DNA of 38,623 nucleotides, from IMG/VR virus record IMGVR_UViG_2684622552_000006, one strand, 5' to 3'. This stretch comes from a virus. Its lineage: Duplodnaviria > Heunggongvirae > Uroviricota > Caudoviricetes. A program made the translations under genes and the position numbers. The notes below the pieces were generated by a model that had not been told where the DNA came from, searched no databases, and saw nothing but the letters and a program-made list of their open reading frames with translations. Shown piece by piece: positions 20,051-28,672 of this stretch (the stretch's first letter is position 1; each line of letters begins with the position of its first letter).

Positions 20051-20544
20051 TGCTGACCCCACAAACAGATTTCACGCTCAATCTCACGACGAGTCATGAG
20101 ACCTTTCCATTGCTTACCGCCAGCGTATGTCCAGCGCCGTAGCTGATCACATGCGCCTTTGATATCACTCTGGTTTATTTTGCGAAGAAGCGTCGATGTT
20201 CTGAAATTGCCAGCACCCACGTTGTAGACGAACGAGTAAAGAGCGCCGCGCGTTGTTTCCGGTATATCGACTTTGATGTACGGGTTAATTTGTCTGGCGA
20301 CAGTGGCAAGGTCTTTATTCAGGAGGGCTTTGCATTCTGCTTCGGTATACGTTTTACCGAGCATAATGTCTTTTCCGGTGTGTCCGTAACATACAGTCCA
20401 TACACCAACTATGTCTTTGTAAGGATTATGTCTCACACCTTCCAGACCATCGTTACCACTTGGGCCAGTGATTAACACAGATGCTATAGCAATAGCCCCG
20501 CCACCAATAGCAGCAGCAACAGCTTTTCGTAATGATGGAGGCAT
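20047..20544 (-). CDS. R: SAR endolysin (T4-lysozyme fold, P21 R-like)
   Basis: N-terminal Gly/Ala-rich weakly hydrophobic segment ([20 protein letters not shown]) followed by a lysozyme domain; close to P21 R / DLP12 RrrD as recalled. Confidence 0.9.
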   Translation of the reverse strand: MPPSLRKAVAAAIGGGAIAIASVLITGPSGNDGLEGVRHNPYKDIVGVWTVCYGHTGKDIMLGKTYTEAECKALLNKDLATVARQINPYIKVDIPETTRGALYSFVYNVGAGNFRTSTLLRKINQSDIKGACDQLRRWTYAGGKQWKGLMTRREIEREICLWGQQ

Positions 20545-20759
20545 TATTCACCTCTCGCAGCCTTGCGCTTATCTTCTTTAATCTTGAAATAAAGGTTTGT
20601 CAGGTACGTCAGCAGGCCAAATACCAAGCTACCCAGCACACCTATTGCTGCCCACTGTGAGGGCGTGACTTTATCGAGCAGCTGTAAAAACCAGTAGCCA
20701 GCACTGCCTGCGGAGGTGCCGTAGGCAATGCCCGTTGTTAACTTATCCATGGATTTCAT
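20544..20759 (-). CDS. S: Pinholin (S21-like) with dual start
   Basis: 71 aa with two TM segments; MKSMDK gives Met1 and Met4 dual starts as in P21 S21; GGAGGTGAGG upstream. Confidence 0.85.
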   Translation of the reverse strand: MKSMDKLTTGIAYGTSAGSAGYWFLQLLDKVTPSQWAAIGVLGSLVFGLLTYLTNLYFKIKEDKRKAARGE

Positions 20760-20854
20760 AGCCTCACCTCCGCAAATAACGGATGGTGTACACGGTTCGG
20801 AACGAAGAGGAAAGGTATAGAAGTTACATTAGCGTAAGGCTTGAACATCTATTC

Positions 20855-20886
20855 AAAAAGAAAAACGCCAGCGATTATTCTGGCGT
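20855..20886 (-). terminator. Rho-independent terminator downstream of the AraC-family gene
   Basis: 7-bp stem ACGCCAG/CTGGCGT with 8-nt loop, followed on the minus strand by TTTTTCTTTTT. Confidence 0.6.
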
Positions 20887-20947
20887 AGCTGAAAGCATCA
20901 TACAATTATCAAATACGAAAATTACAAAATCATTAAAACGCATCACA

Positions 20948-21679
20948 TTACATCATGTCTTTTTCTAAAAAAAATCTTGATGAATATTGATGGGGAGGAA
21001 CACCAAAATATCTTCTGAAAACACTTACAAAATATGACGTATTTTTATAACCGCATATCTCAGCAACTTTTCCAACAGAATATAAATTGTAGCTTAATAA
21101 CCTTTCCGCCATCACCATTCGCTCTTCAAGAATTAACTTACTAAATGATAAGCCTTCGTGCTTTAATTTTCTTTTTAACAGACTTTCACTCAGATACAGT
21201 CTTGAAGATATATCACAAAGTCTCCATGCTGCAGATATATCCGTGTGAATAATAGCCTTAACTTTACTTCCTAAACTATTAAGACATCCAAATAAAAAAC
21301 TTTGCACTATTTTCTCTGAAGATAAGATAGCAAGACATGCAAGTGATATTTGATTTCTAACAAAATCCACAGTTCTGCCATCACAATTCAAGCATGCAAT
21401 CAAGTTCTTTAACAATGAAAAATCTTCACATTCCACCATCAAGTATGCCGGATAAAACCTTCTTACAGAAAAAGGTGAGAGTGTGTTGCTTTTAAAGAAA
21501 TCATTAACTGTTTTCTCTTCAACATCTACGATCATTACATGATCTATATTTGATGAAAAAAAATCTTTTAAATTGTAATCAATGAGAACAGCACTTCCTT
21601 TTTTAAACAAAATATCTTCTTTACCAATTCGGGCATCAAACGAATTCAACACCAAAATGATAGAACATATGTATGGCAT
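20948..21679 (-). CDS. AraC-family transcriptional regulator (AppY/PatE-like cargo)
   Basis: C-terminal AraC-type HTH (YSVGKVAEICGYKNTSYFVSVFRRYFGVPPHQY); visibly AT-rich; sits between Q and holin. ATG 21679 preceded by AGGTGG; the track start at 21688 is GTG. Confidence 0.8.
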   Translation of the reverse strand: MPYICSIILVLNSFDARIGKEDILFKKGSAVLIDYNLKDFFSSNIDHVMIVDVEEKTVNDFFKSNTLSPFSVRRFYPAYLMVECEDFSLLKNLIACLNCDGRTVDFVRNQISLACLAILSSEKIVQSFLFGCLNSLGSKVKAIIHTDISAAWRLCDISSRLYLSESLLKRKLKHEGLSFSKLILEERMVMAERLLSYNLYSVGKVAEICGYKNTSYFVSVFRRYFGVPPHQYSSRFFLEKDMM

Positions 21680-22028
21680 ATTATCCACCTGATATCATTG
21701 AGGTTACACCAGGTAAGTATAGGTGGAAAATCAATATTCGCCAGTTCAACAATAAGGAAAATCTCATTGCATCACAAGTATAAAATTATGTATTTAACTC
21801 ACAAAGACAAATTATTAAACCAATCTGTTATATTATATATAGCTGCGTGGAATCATAATATTATATTTTGACTGGCATGTTTACCAACTTTAAGTTGCAT
21901 CTCAATGGTTTCTTCAGCGTAAACAGAGTTTTTATACAAACTGACACTCTGGGTATCATAGTGTAGTTTTTACGATTGTAAATATCCTGCATGCAGGAAC
22001 TCATCCTTTTGGATGATATCGCATACAA

Positions 22029-22988
22029 TTAATTTACCATCAGTCTTAGAGCCAGTTCGTCCGGATAGGGATCGAAGTAATTCTGTGTAAGCAAGTAATC
22101 ATTAGGATACTCACCCAGATAATGCTTCAGCAGAGTCAACGGCGCAAGAAGAGGTAATGTGCCAGAACGATAGTTAAGTATAACCTCGCTCAACTCTTTA
22201 CGCTGGCGTGTACTTAAGTAGTTACTAAAATACCCCTGTATATGCATCAGCACATTCGTGTGATTTTTACGTGATGCAGGTTTTCTGAGAATCGCCATCA
22301 GCTTATCACGATACACCTCAAAGTATGATTCAAGGTCCGCCCACTCGTGTATTGCAGCCACAAATGGTCCCATATCTTTATAGCCTGCCTGACTATGCGC
22401 CAATAACTGAAGCTTATAACGACTATGAAAAGCTAATAACTCTCTTCTTGATAATTTCTCCTTGTAAAGATGATTGAGCTCATGCAAAGCAAAAACTCTT
22501 TCAACAAAATTCTCACGAAGCACTGGATCATGTAATCGCCCATCCTCTTCAACCGGTAGCCAGGAAAACTTTTCCATCAAAGTGCTCGTAAATAGTCCCA
22601 CTCCATCTTTACGACCTTGATTACCATTTTCATCATAGACACGCACGCGCTCCATGCCACAGCTGGGAGATTTAGCACAAACCACAAATCCCGATACATC
22701 CTTTAATTTGTCCATATAAGAACGACTAAACTCTGTCATTCTCTCTGTCACATCCTCATTCTGGTCGTGGCTGAAACACATCCGTATATTTCCTTGCGTC
22801 GAGCGCACAAGACGTAGAGCAGGACGCGGAACTGGCAGCCCTATAGCCATTTCTGGACATACTGGTCTGAATGTTACCCATTCCACTAATTTGTCCATTA
22901 AAAAGTCAGCTCTTTTGTGACCACCATCAAAACGAACAGCAGAACCGGTCAAACAACCGCTGATTCCAATCACAGGTTTTTTTATCAT
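22029..22988 (-). CDS. DUF523/DUF1722 fusion protein (YbgA/TudS-like)
   Basis: N-terminal Cys-containing ISGCLTG...VRFDGGHKR resembles DUF523; C-terminal half resembles DUF1722. From memory only. ATG 22988 with GGGGGAG upstream. Confidence 0.5.
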   Translation of the reverse strand: MIKKPVIGISGCLTGSAVRFDGGHKRADFLMDKLVEWVTFRPVCPEMAIGLPVPRPALRLVRSTQGNIRMCFSHDQNEDVTERMTEFSRSYMDKLKDVSGFVVCAKSPSCGMERVRVYDENGNQGRKDGVGLFTSTLMEKFSWLPVEEDGRLHDPVLRENFVERVFALHELNHLYKEKLSRRELLAFHSRYKLQLLAHSQAGYKDMGPFVAAIHEWADLESYFEVYRDKLMAILRKPASRKNHTNVLMHIQGYFSNYLSTRQRKELSEVILNYRSGTLPLLAPLTLLKHYLGEYPNDYLLTQNYFDPYPDELALRLMVN

Positions 22989-23180
22989 ATTCTCCCCCTT
23001 GACTAATTCATTAACACATAAACTGTGTAGTGCACGGAATAAATTGCCTTTCTGGCGTCATCACTGACAATTTTTCTGTTATGGACTATTCCTAATATAG
23101 TATGAAAGTTCTTTAAGTGATCGGTCGTAATCATCTATCTTTCATACTTACTCTCAACTATCAAAAGTACAGGATTTATT

Positions 23181-23705
23181 ATGAAGTTATGGCCTGTGTT
23201 GACTGGCATTGCACTCTCTTTCACTCTTATAGCATGTAAGGCCCCGACACCACCTAAAGGTGTGCAGCCGATTACAAATTTTGACGCCAACCGCTACCTC
23301 GGAAAATGGTATGAAATAGCTCGCCTCGAGAACCGGTTCGAACGTGGTCTGGAACAGGTCAGCGCTACTTATGGAAAACGGAACGACGGAGGGATTCGTG
23401 TACTTAACCGTGGATACGATCCAACGAAAAATAAATGGAGCGAGAGCGAAGGTAAAGCATACTTTACTGGAGATACTAAAACTGCAGCGTTGAAGGTTTC
23501 GTTTTTTGGCCCCTTCTATGGTGGCTATAATGTAATCAAACTGGATGATGAGTATAAGTATGCTCTTGTCAGTGGTCCGAACAGAGAATACCTATGGATT
23601 CTGGCAAGGACCCCAACTATTCCAGATAAAGTAAAAGCAGACTATGTGCGAACCGCTCAAAAGTTGGGATTCAATGTCAATGAATTATTATGGGTTAAAC
23701 AATAA
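23181..23705 (+). CDS. Bacterial lipocalin (Blc-like outer-membrane lipoprotein)
   Basis: Signal peptide with lipobox (FTLIAC); NFDANRYLGKWYEIARLENRFERGLEQV and SFFGPFYGGYNVI match the E. coli Blc pattern as recalled. Opposite strand to the late operon. Confidence 0.8.
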   Translation: MKLWPVLTGIALSFTLIACKAPTPPKGVQPITNFDANRYLGKWYEIARLENRFERGLEQVSATYGKRNDGGIRVLNRGYDPTKNKWSESEGKAYFTGDTKTAALKVSFFGPFYGGYNVIKLDDEYKYALVSGPNREYLWILARTPTIPDKVKADYVRTAQKLGFNVNELLWVKQ

Positions 23706-23730
23706 AATCCCTACTCGAAATAATACTTAT

Positions 23731-23758
23731 TAGAAAAAACCAGCCTTTGGAGAGGCTG
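23731..23758 (-). terminator. Rho-independent terminator downstream of Q (tR'-like)
   Basis: Stem CCAGCC/GGCTGG with 8-nt loop, followed on the minus strand by TTTTTT; about 100 nt downstream of the Q stop. Confidence 0.55.
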
Positions 23759-23859
23759 GCTAAATCAGGAAACAAGCTGTTATATGATAATAACTACGTT
23801 GCGATTCCAACATTTAAAATGTTAGACTAATGACAATCAGACAGCAACTTTTCCTTTAA

Positions 23860-24237
23860 TTATTTCGAACAATCAGCATCCATCTCCAATCGGAGATCCA
23901 ACACCATCAGCATACCCTCCACTACGCCCTCAGCTTTCTGGAGCATCCTGCCAACCCAACAATCAGATCGCCCATGCTTACGTGCAAGCGCCATAAAAGT
24001 CATGCCGCCGACATAATAGTCCACCAATAAATCATGCAAATCGCTGTTGTTCTTTTTCAGACGGGCCATGCACCCGCAAATGATCATCGCGTCATCGTCA
24101 CAACATTGTGGGCGAGATTTTACTTTTGAAGGAATTAATCCCTTAAAACCGGCGGCAATGGACGACCAGGTCACATCTTCATGATTATTAGCCGCCCACG
24201 CTCCCCAACGCTCAAGAACCATCTGAATATCACGCAT
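23860..24237 (-). CDS. Q: Late-gene antiterminator Q (P21/DLP12 QuuD type)
   Basis: About 125 aa with a Cys-rich segment ([18 protein letters not shown]); immediately downstream of rusA/ylcG as in DLP12. ATG 24237 with GGAG 9 nt upstream. Confidence 0.8.
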   Translation of the reverse strand: MRDIQMVLERWGAWAANNHEDVTWSSIAAGFKGLIPSKVKSRPQCCDDDAMIICGCMARLKKNNSDLHDLLVDYYVGGMTFMALARKHGRSDCWVGRMLQKAEGVVEGMLMVLDLRLEMDADCSK

Positions 24238-24322
24238 CAACTTACTCCACAAAAATCAGACCAGAACGCCAATTACAAGCAAAAATCAACAAAACAGTAT
24301 TAGTTGATTGTTATCTCTGACT

Positions 24323-24460
24323 TCATACTCCTGCTCCTGTCAGGGTTTTGGCGTAATTCTTCAGTATCCGGTAATCGGTCAAAACAGAACCGGGGAAACG
24401 ATATAAGCGCAGGCGCATCCAGCGGTGGCGAAGACGTTCTGCCACATAAAACTCAAACAT
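24323..24460 (-). CDS. ylcG: YlcG-like small protein
   Basis: 45-aa ORF I translated by hand ([45 protein letters not shown]); its ATG overlaps the rusA stop; too short for the ORF track. Confidence 0.5.
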   Translation of the reverse strand: MFEFYVAERLRHRWMRLRLYRFPGSVLTDYRILKNYAKTLTGAGV

Positions 24461-24822
24461 CATTCATTCCCCATTTCGGTGATGGTCAGTTCCAGCCTCC
24501 CACCTTTGGTAACTGGCATCTTCACAACGCGGTAATCAACGACCTGAGCATCATCCAGCCAGAAACCTGCTTTGGTGAGTGCGTCAAAAGCGGCTTTTTG
24601 TAGATTATCCAGGTCACGGCGACGGCGATCCGGCATGTGGCACTCAATGCGGATTTTCACAGGCATAGCCAGGCCGATATCCAGCATTGCGTTTTTAATG
24701 ATTCGGGCGACGTTATCGCGGTATGCCTGCCCCTCTGCGCTGACGTGCGTGCGCCCGCGATTATGGCGGTAATAGCGATTATTGCTCGGAGGCCAGGGTA
24801 ATGTGATGCTGTAGGTATTCAC
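24460..24822 (-). CDS. rusA: Holliday junction resolvase RusA
   Basis: 120 aa, matches E. coli RusA as recalled ([25 protein letters not shown]...); GTG start. Confidence 0.9.
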   Translation of the reverse strand: MNTYSITLPWPPSNNRYYRHNRGRTHVSAEGQAYRDNVARIIKNAMLDIGLAMPVKIRIECHMPDRRRRDLDNLQKAAFDALTKAGFWLDDAQVVDYRVVKMPVTKGGRLELTITEMGNE

Positions 24823-25109
24823 GCCTTAATAACCCCCTCTTTCAGCCAGATAACCTGTGTTCTCGCCATACCTTCCAGCGCGCATTCTTTTGCATATCCA
24901 GCGTCAACAAAATGCGTGCGACGGTCGATCTCATCGTGACAGGCAGAACATGCAATGGTGGCGATCAGGTCTGGCGGTTTGGTACCGGTGCCACACAATC
25001 CAGCCAGCCGGATATGTGCCAGTACAGACGTTTCAGGGTTGCCATTACATATGCCAGGGATTCTTACCTGGCATTCCCGACCACGCGCTGCTTTTCTCAA
25101 ATCAGCCAT
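24819..25109 (-). CDS. ybcO: YbcO-like nuclease (DUF1364)
   Basis: Cys-rich small protein ([11 protein letters not shown]...CSACHDEID); ATG 25109 preceded by AGGAGG; canonical position between ninE and rusA. Confidence 0.7.
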   Translation of the reverse strand: MADLRKAARGRECQVRIPGICNGNPETSVLAHIRLAGLCGTGTKPPDLIATIACSACHDEIDRRTHFVDAGYAKECALEGMARTQVIWLKEGVIKA

Positions 25110-25272
25110 GATTCCTCCTTGCTGCCAGTCGCAACCATTTTTTATCAACCAGGCTGGCGGTATACCCTAGCAGTGTTGGTATTTCGGATGGCTTCAGCTC
25201 AGGCTTACGCTTACGACGATTTGGTACTCTGTAGATGTGTCCGTTCATGACCCGAATAAGCGGTGTAGCCAT
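25102..25272 (-). CDS. ninE: NinE-like protein
   Basis: 56-aa ORF I translated by hand ([56 protein letters not shown]); start overlaps the ybcN stop and stop overlaps the ybcO start. Confidence 0.55.
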   Translation of the reverse strand: MATPLIRVMNGHIYRVPNRRKRKPELKPSEIPTLLGYTASLVDKKWLRLAARRNHG

Positions 25273-25727
25273 TACGCCTCCTGCTTGTCGCGCAGCAGCT
25301 GGAACTCGCAGCTCTGCGGAATAGTCAGGTGGCAGCCAATATTCATCGCCCAGGCTTCAACCTTACACAGGAAGACATACATCTCTCCGGTATCAAGATC
25401 GGAGGTATGGCGTAACGACTGGATAGTGGTGATATCACCGGTTACGACATCAACCAGGTCTTTGGTTTCATAACCGAGATATGTGTGTTTGAGAGCATCT
25501 TTTACCCAAGCTGGAGTGGCGAACGTTTTACCCCTGCTGATGAGGTATTCACTGATTTCGCTGTACCACATGTGGCTGAGTGCATTCTGGGAAAGACTGC
25601 GTTTCTCACGCCACGGTTTAAGCACCATGCGAAAGCATTTGCCTTCCTCCAGATAAGGCTGGATCTGCTGACCGATAGCGGTGAAGTTACCGCGATGTAA
25701 TTTGATGCCGTCTTGTGGGAGGTTCAC
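25272..25727 (-). CDS. ninB: NinB-family recombination protein (YbcN-like)
   Basis: 151 aa; [17 protein letters not shown] matches the NinB-family motif as recalled; GTG start with GGAGGTGA upstream. Confidence 0.75.
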   Translation of the reverse strand: MNLPQDGIKLHRGNFTAIGQQIQPYLEEGKCFRMVLKPWREKRSLSQNALSHMWYSEISEYLISRGKTFATPAWVKDALKHTYLGYETKDLVDVVTGDITTIQSLRHTSDLDTGEMYVFLCKVEAWAMNIGCHLTIPQSCEFQLLRDKQEA

Positions 25728-25914
25728 GCTTCACCTCCGCAGAGGTCAAACGCTAGATGCAAAGAATTGCAGGTGCATTTCTGCATCTGTGAAGGGAGAA
25801 GATAGTTTGGATTGTATGTGCGCATAAACGTCCCCGTTTAGCGCAGAAGTCACCGGAGTTGTTCAGGCTCCGGTGACATGATTATGGCGAGTTGATTATC
25901 GCAAATCAAAGGTT

Positions 25915-26271
25915 TTAATTGTGCTTTATTCCTTCAAGCGTTGCCTTCATACCAACCAAAGAAATGTTTAGCTCTCCAACTTTCTCAGGGCTATATAATT
26001 CAGAATGAAGCCAATATTCTGATTTATCTAAACATCTTTTAGCCAGCTCTCGATCAAAGTCTACGACTTGGGAAGACGCTTCATACCAAAGCCTATAAAG
26101 TTTTTCTTCTTCGTTTGGGTTATTAGGCTCACCACGTTTTAATTTTTCAGTATATAAAATTGTTGAACAAATCGCAGGAGTTAATCCAGTGATTGCCCTC
26201 TGCCGCAGATCGGATTTGTTTGTTATCCACCCCAACAGACGATCTCCCATCCATGTAATAATTGTATCCAT
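25915..26271 (-). CDS. Hypothetical protein (AT-rich orphan)
   Basis: 118-aa ORF with ATG 26271 preceded by AAGAAGG; no family recognised. Confidence 0.45.
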   Translation of the reverse strand: MDTIITWMGDRLLGWITNKSDLRQRAITGLTPAICSTILYTEKLKRGEPNNPNEEEKLYRLWYEASSQVVDFDRELAKRCLDKSEYWLHSELYSPEKVGELNISLVGMKATLEGIKHN

Positions 26272-26732
26272 GCTTCAGCCCTTCTTAGTAAATAGTGTGT
26301 AGGGCGACTGAAGGACCGAGTTTATGCTTTTTCGCATTGCTTTCAGTTAGTACACCGGTATCGCACCGGAAACAATCCTACGGCAAATTGGTTGTCTGAC
26401 CTCTCGGTTTTTCGTGCATTAACCGATACCCACTACAGTCTCGGCGAAAGCTGCACACCCCCAGGGTGTACTGGTAGCACTCGGCACAGCCTAGCACGCC
26501 ACTTTCTTCTCACTATCCAGTCTAATTTTATCCCCTAGTCAGACACTCAGATGTAGTGCTCCGCAGCGGCATGCGGGGGAATACAAAAACTCGGACAAAA
26601 TTGGGCCCTCCTTTTTGAATCACTCGCGGGGATGTAGTTATTAATACATGGAAAAAGATCTGTTTTCAAATCCAACATTATATGGTTTCAATACCACGGG
26701 GTGGCTATGTGTTTCTCATTGTTAATTGGAAT

Positions 26733-27341
26733 CTACTGTAATCGTTCCGAACGTAAATGCGGCAATACCCTGCTCCACTTATTATCCTGCCAAGGCTGGA
26801 ATTTTACATGTGCCGTTTCTCTGGCAAGGATTTCGCGCGCCTTATGTAGTATCTGGGGATATTCTTGCTCGATAGAAGTAAAGCGCCCGGCCTCACGATG
26901 CTCTGCTACCTGAAGAAGTGGAGTAACATTCTGGCAGGCGGTTAACATCACATCACTTGCTCGCCATAACCAAGCAAGTGTGCAAAGTTCGTTATCAGTG
27001 AATTGTTTTGTGATTGGGGATTGTTGAATTTCTCGATCGAGAATATCCAGCACCCAGCGGCGGAATTCTTTGGCCACAGGAGTACGAGCAAACATGGCGA
27101 TCAAATGGGCTCCGCGAAGGCTAAATACTCGAGACTCCTGCATTCCACGAGGGGTGGTCACTTTGACCCCCCTTGTCATCATATCTGTAAATTCATCTGA
27201 GTGACGAGAGTAAATGCGCTGAACTGCTTTATCGTCCGCATATTCCAGAGCTAAACCAACTTCAGTGGCAGTAAGCCAAATTCTGTTATTGTGGCAAATT
27301 GGGGCAAACGTCGTTTTGTGGAATGCTAATTGAGTAGTCAT
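26733..27341 (-). CDS. Bro-N domain protein (antirepressor-like)
   Basis: N-terminal AFHKTTFAPICHNNRIWLTATEVGLALEY resembles Bro-N / KilA-N type domains (from memory); ATG 27341 preceded by GAGGTGAT. Confidence 0.55.
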   Translation of the reverse strand: MTTQLAFHKTTFAPICHNNRIWLTATEVGLALEYADDKAVQRIYSRHSDEFTDMMTRGVKVTTPRGMQESRVFSLRGAHLIAMFARTPVAKEFRRWVLDILDREIQQSPITKQFTDNELCTLAWLWRASDVMLTACQNVTPLLQVAEHREAGRFTSIEQEYPQILHKAREILARETAHVKFQPWQDNKWSRVLPHLRSERLQ

Positions 27342-27497
27342 AGTATCACCTCATCAGGTTAACCATCACCACCAACGACGCCAATCGACTGGTGGTGAAC
27401 TGTGCAAGGTTGGCGTAACCGGCTACTCAAACCCGGCGCTTCCGAAGAAGCCCTCACACAGCCCACCATAATTTGGGCATAGCCGTGCTTAGCGCAC

Positions 27498-27578
27498 AAA
27501 AAAACCGCTTAACGCGGTATGCGTTGAGTAGTATCCCGGGACGCCAATCCCGTGTGCCGATTTTGCGGCAACGCACAG
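27498..27578 (-). ncRNA. Candidate small RNA (promoter to terminator unit, about 75 nt)
   Basis: Minus-strand sigma70-like promoter (TTGACG, 18-nt spacer, TATATT; plus coordinates 27603..27608 and 27579..27584). Predicted transcript folds by eye into a closing stem GCGUUG/CAACGC around two hairpins, then a short GC stem plus T-run terminator (27498..27518). No ORF of 60 aa or more. Confidence 0.3.
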
Positions 27579-27835
27579 AATATAGCGCCGGATAAATCTT
27601 GTCGTCAACCTATAAAATGGCGTCTGCGAACGGCTCCATAACACGATACTGCATGAGCTTTATAAGGTTATGTTCCGTAAAAGTTGTATGTAGATCTCGG
27701 TACATTACAATTGAATCTTAATGAGTGGCAGACGCACTATAATAATGAAATAACGCATCATGGAAAAATGTTTAGCAGATTAACGCAAATGGGCACGTTA
27801 CTTGATGGAAAGTGCATTTGAGCCGAGAGAAACTT

Positions 27836-27888
27836 AAAAAAAATGTAATCTGACAGGTATCGACATAAATAATCGCTCACTGTCAGAT
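27836..27888 (-). terminator. Hairpin and T8 run downstream of the two-gene AT-rich operon
   Basis: 9-bp inverted repeat ATCTGACAG/CTGTCAGAT (27848..27856 and 27880..27888) with 23-nt loop, followed on the minus strand by eight T residues. Confidence 0.4.
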
Positions 27889-27920
27889 CTCAACTAATAT
27901 ATATTACATAGCCAAACTCA

Positions 27921-28256
27921 TTATGCCTTGCCAACATCCTCTCGCTTACCAAACATATATCCTAAAGAAAGGGTTAACAAAGGTGAAAATGTAGACCAAG
28001 TTTCTTTAATAATATCAACACAACCTTGACCATTATTATTCCACAAATCATACACACATAATATAAAAATTATGGCGCTATACATATAAAGTGTGTAGGT
28101 TATTATTTTCCAGACAATACTATTTTTAGCATTTTCACCTTCACCAATCGTCTTAGCTATTTCTCCAGAGGACGCCAGACCTTTAGCGGTATTGCTAAAT
28201 TGCCCTGAGGGGGAAGCAACGTAAGTATTTTCATGTTGATCATTAAATGATGACAT
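27921..28256 (-). CDS. Hypothetical membrane protein (one predicted TM helix)
   Basis: 111 aa; hydrophobic stretch IVWKIITYTLYMYSAIIFILCVYDLW; ATG is 1 nt after the upstream stop (TAA-C-ATG); visibly AT-rich. Confidence 0.5.
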   Translation of the reverse strand: MSSFNDQHENTYVASPSGQFSNTAKGLASSGEIAKTIGEGENAKNSIVWKIITYTLYMYSAIIFILCVYDLWNNNGQGCVDIIKETWSTFSPLLTLSLGYMFGKREDVGKA

Positions 28257-28257
28257 G

Positions 28258-28614
28258 TTAATCCTTTATGATGTTAATAATTACGACCCTGCTGGTTTTA
28301 TTTACTGTCTGTATCCATACTGTTAGATAGTGCTGTACATTATCCACAATATAGAAAGGAAATGGTTCTAAAATACCTTCACCCAAACCATTCTTGAAAT
28401 TAATGAATGATACAGTATAAGACTGCCCGCCATCGCTTGGACCAGCTTCATATCGAGAAGATTTATCATCATCATCATATCTAAATGTCATATGAAATTT
28501 TTTATCATCGAACATTTTCAATGTTATACGATCATCATTATTATGAATGAGCAATGTCTTCGAATAAACAACAACACGATTACTAATTAATGTTTCTTTG
28601 ACTATATCATTCAT
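28258..28614 (-). CDS. Hypothetical small protein, first gene of the AT-rich two-gene operon
   Basis: ATG 28614 with AGGTGG 5 nt upstream (the track start at 28623 is GTG); Asp/Lys-rich; visibly AT-rich. Confidence 0.5.
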   Translation of the reverse strand: MNDIVKETLISNRVVVYSKTLLIHNNDDRITLKMFDDKKFHMTFRYDDDDKSSRYEAGPSDGGQSYTVSFINFKNGLGEGILEPFPFYIVDNVQHYLTVWIQTVNKTSRVVIINIIKD

Positions 28615-28643
28615 TTTAGCCACCTATAAAAAATAATCCTATC

Positions 28644-28672
28644 ATTATAAAACCCATCGTTTATCAATACAA
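28644..28672 (-). promoter_or_regulatory. Putative sigma70 promoter of the AT-rich two-gene operon
   Basis: On the minus strand: TTGTAT, 17-nt spacer, TATAAT, ending about 30 nt upstream of ATG 28614. Confidence 0.35.

Noticed and set aside
26272-26732. Retron ncRNA or tRNA-like element in the ORF-free interval (a TTCAAATCC T-loop-like string at about 26665)
   Set aside because: No reverse transcriptase gene is adjacent, and the T-loop-like string lacks flanking complementary arms or acceptor-stem pairing; left as an unexplained structured interval.
27707-27763. 17-codon hydrophobic mini-ORF (MMRYFIIIVRLPLIKIQL) on the minus strand, considered as a type I toxin
   Set aside because: No Shine-Dalgarno sequence, no flanking promoter or antisense partner identified; too short to call from sequence alone.
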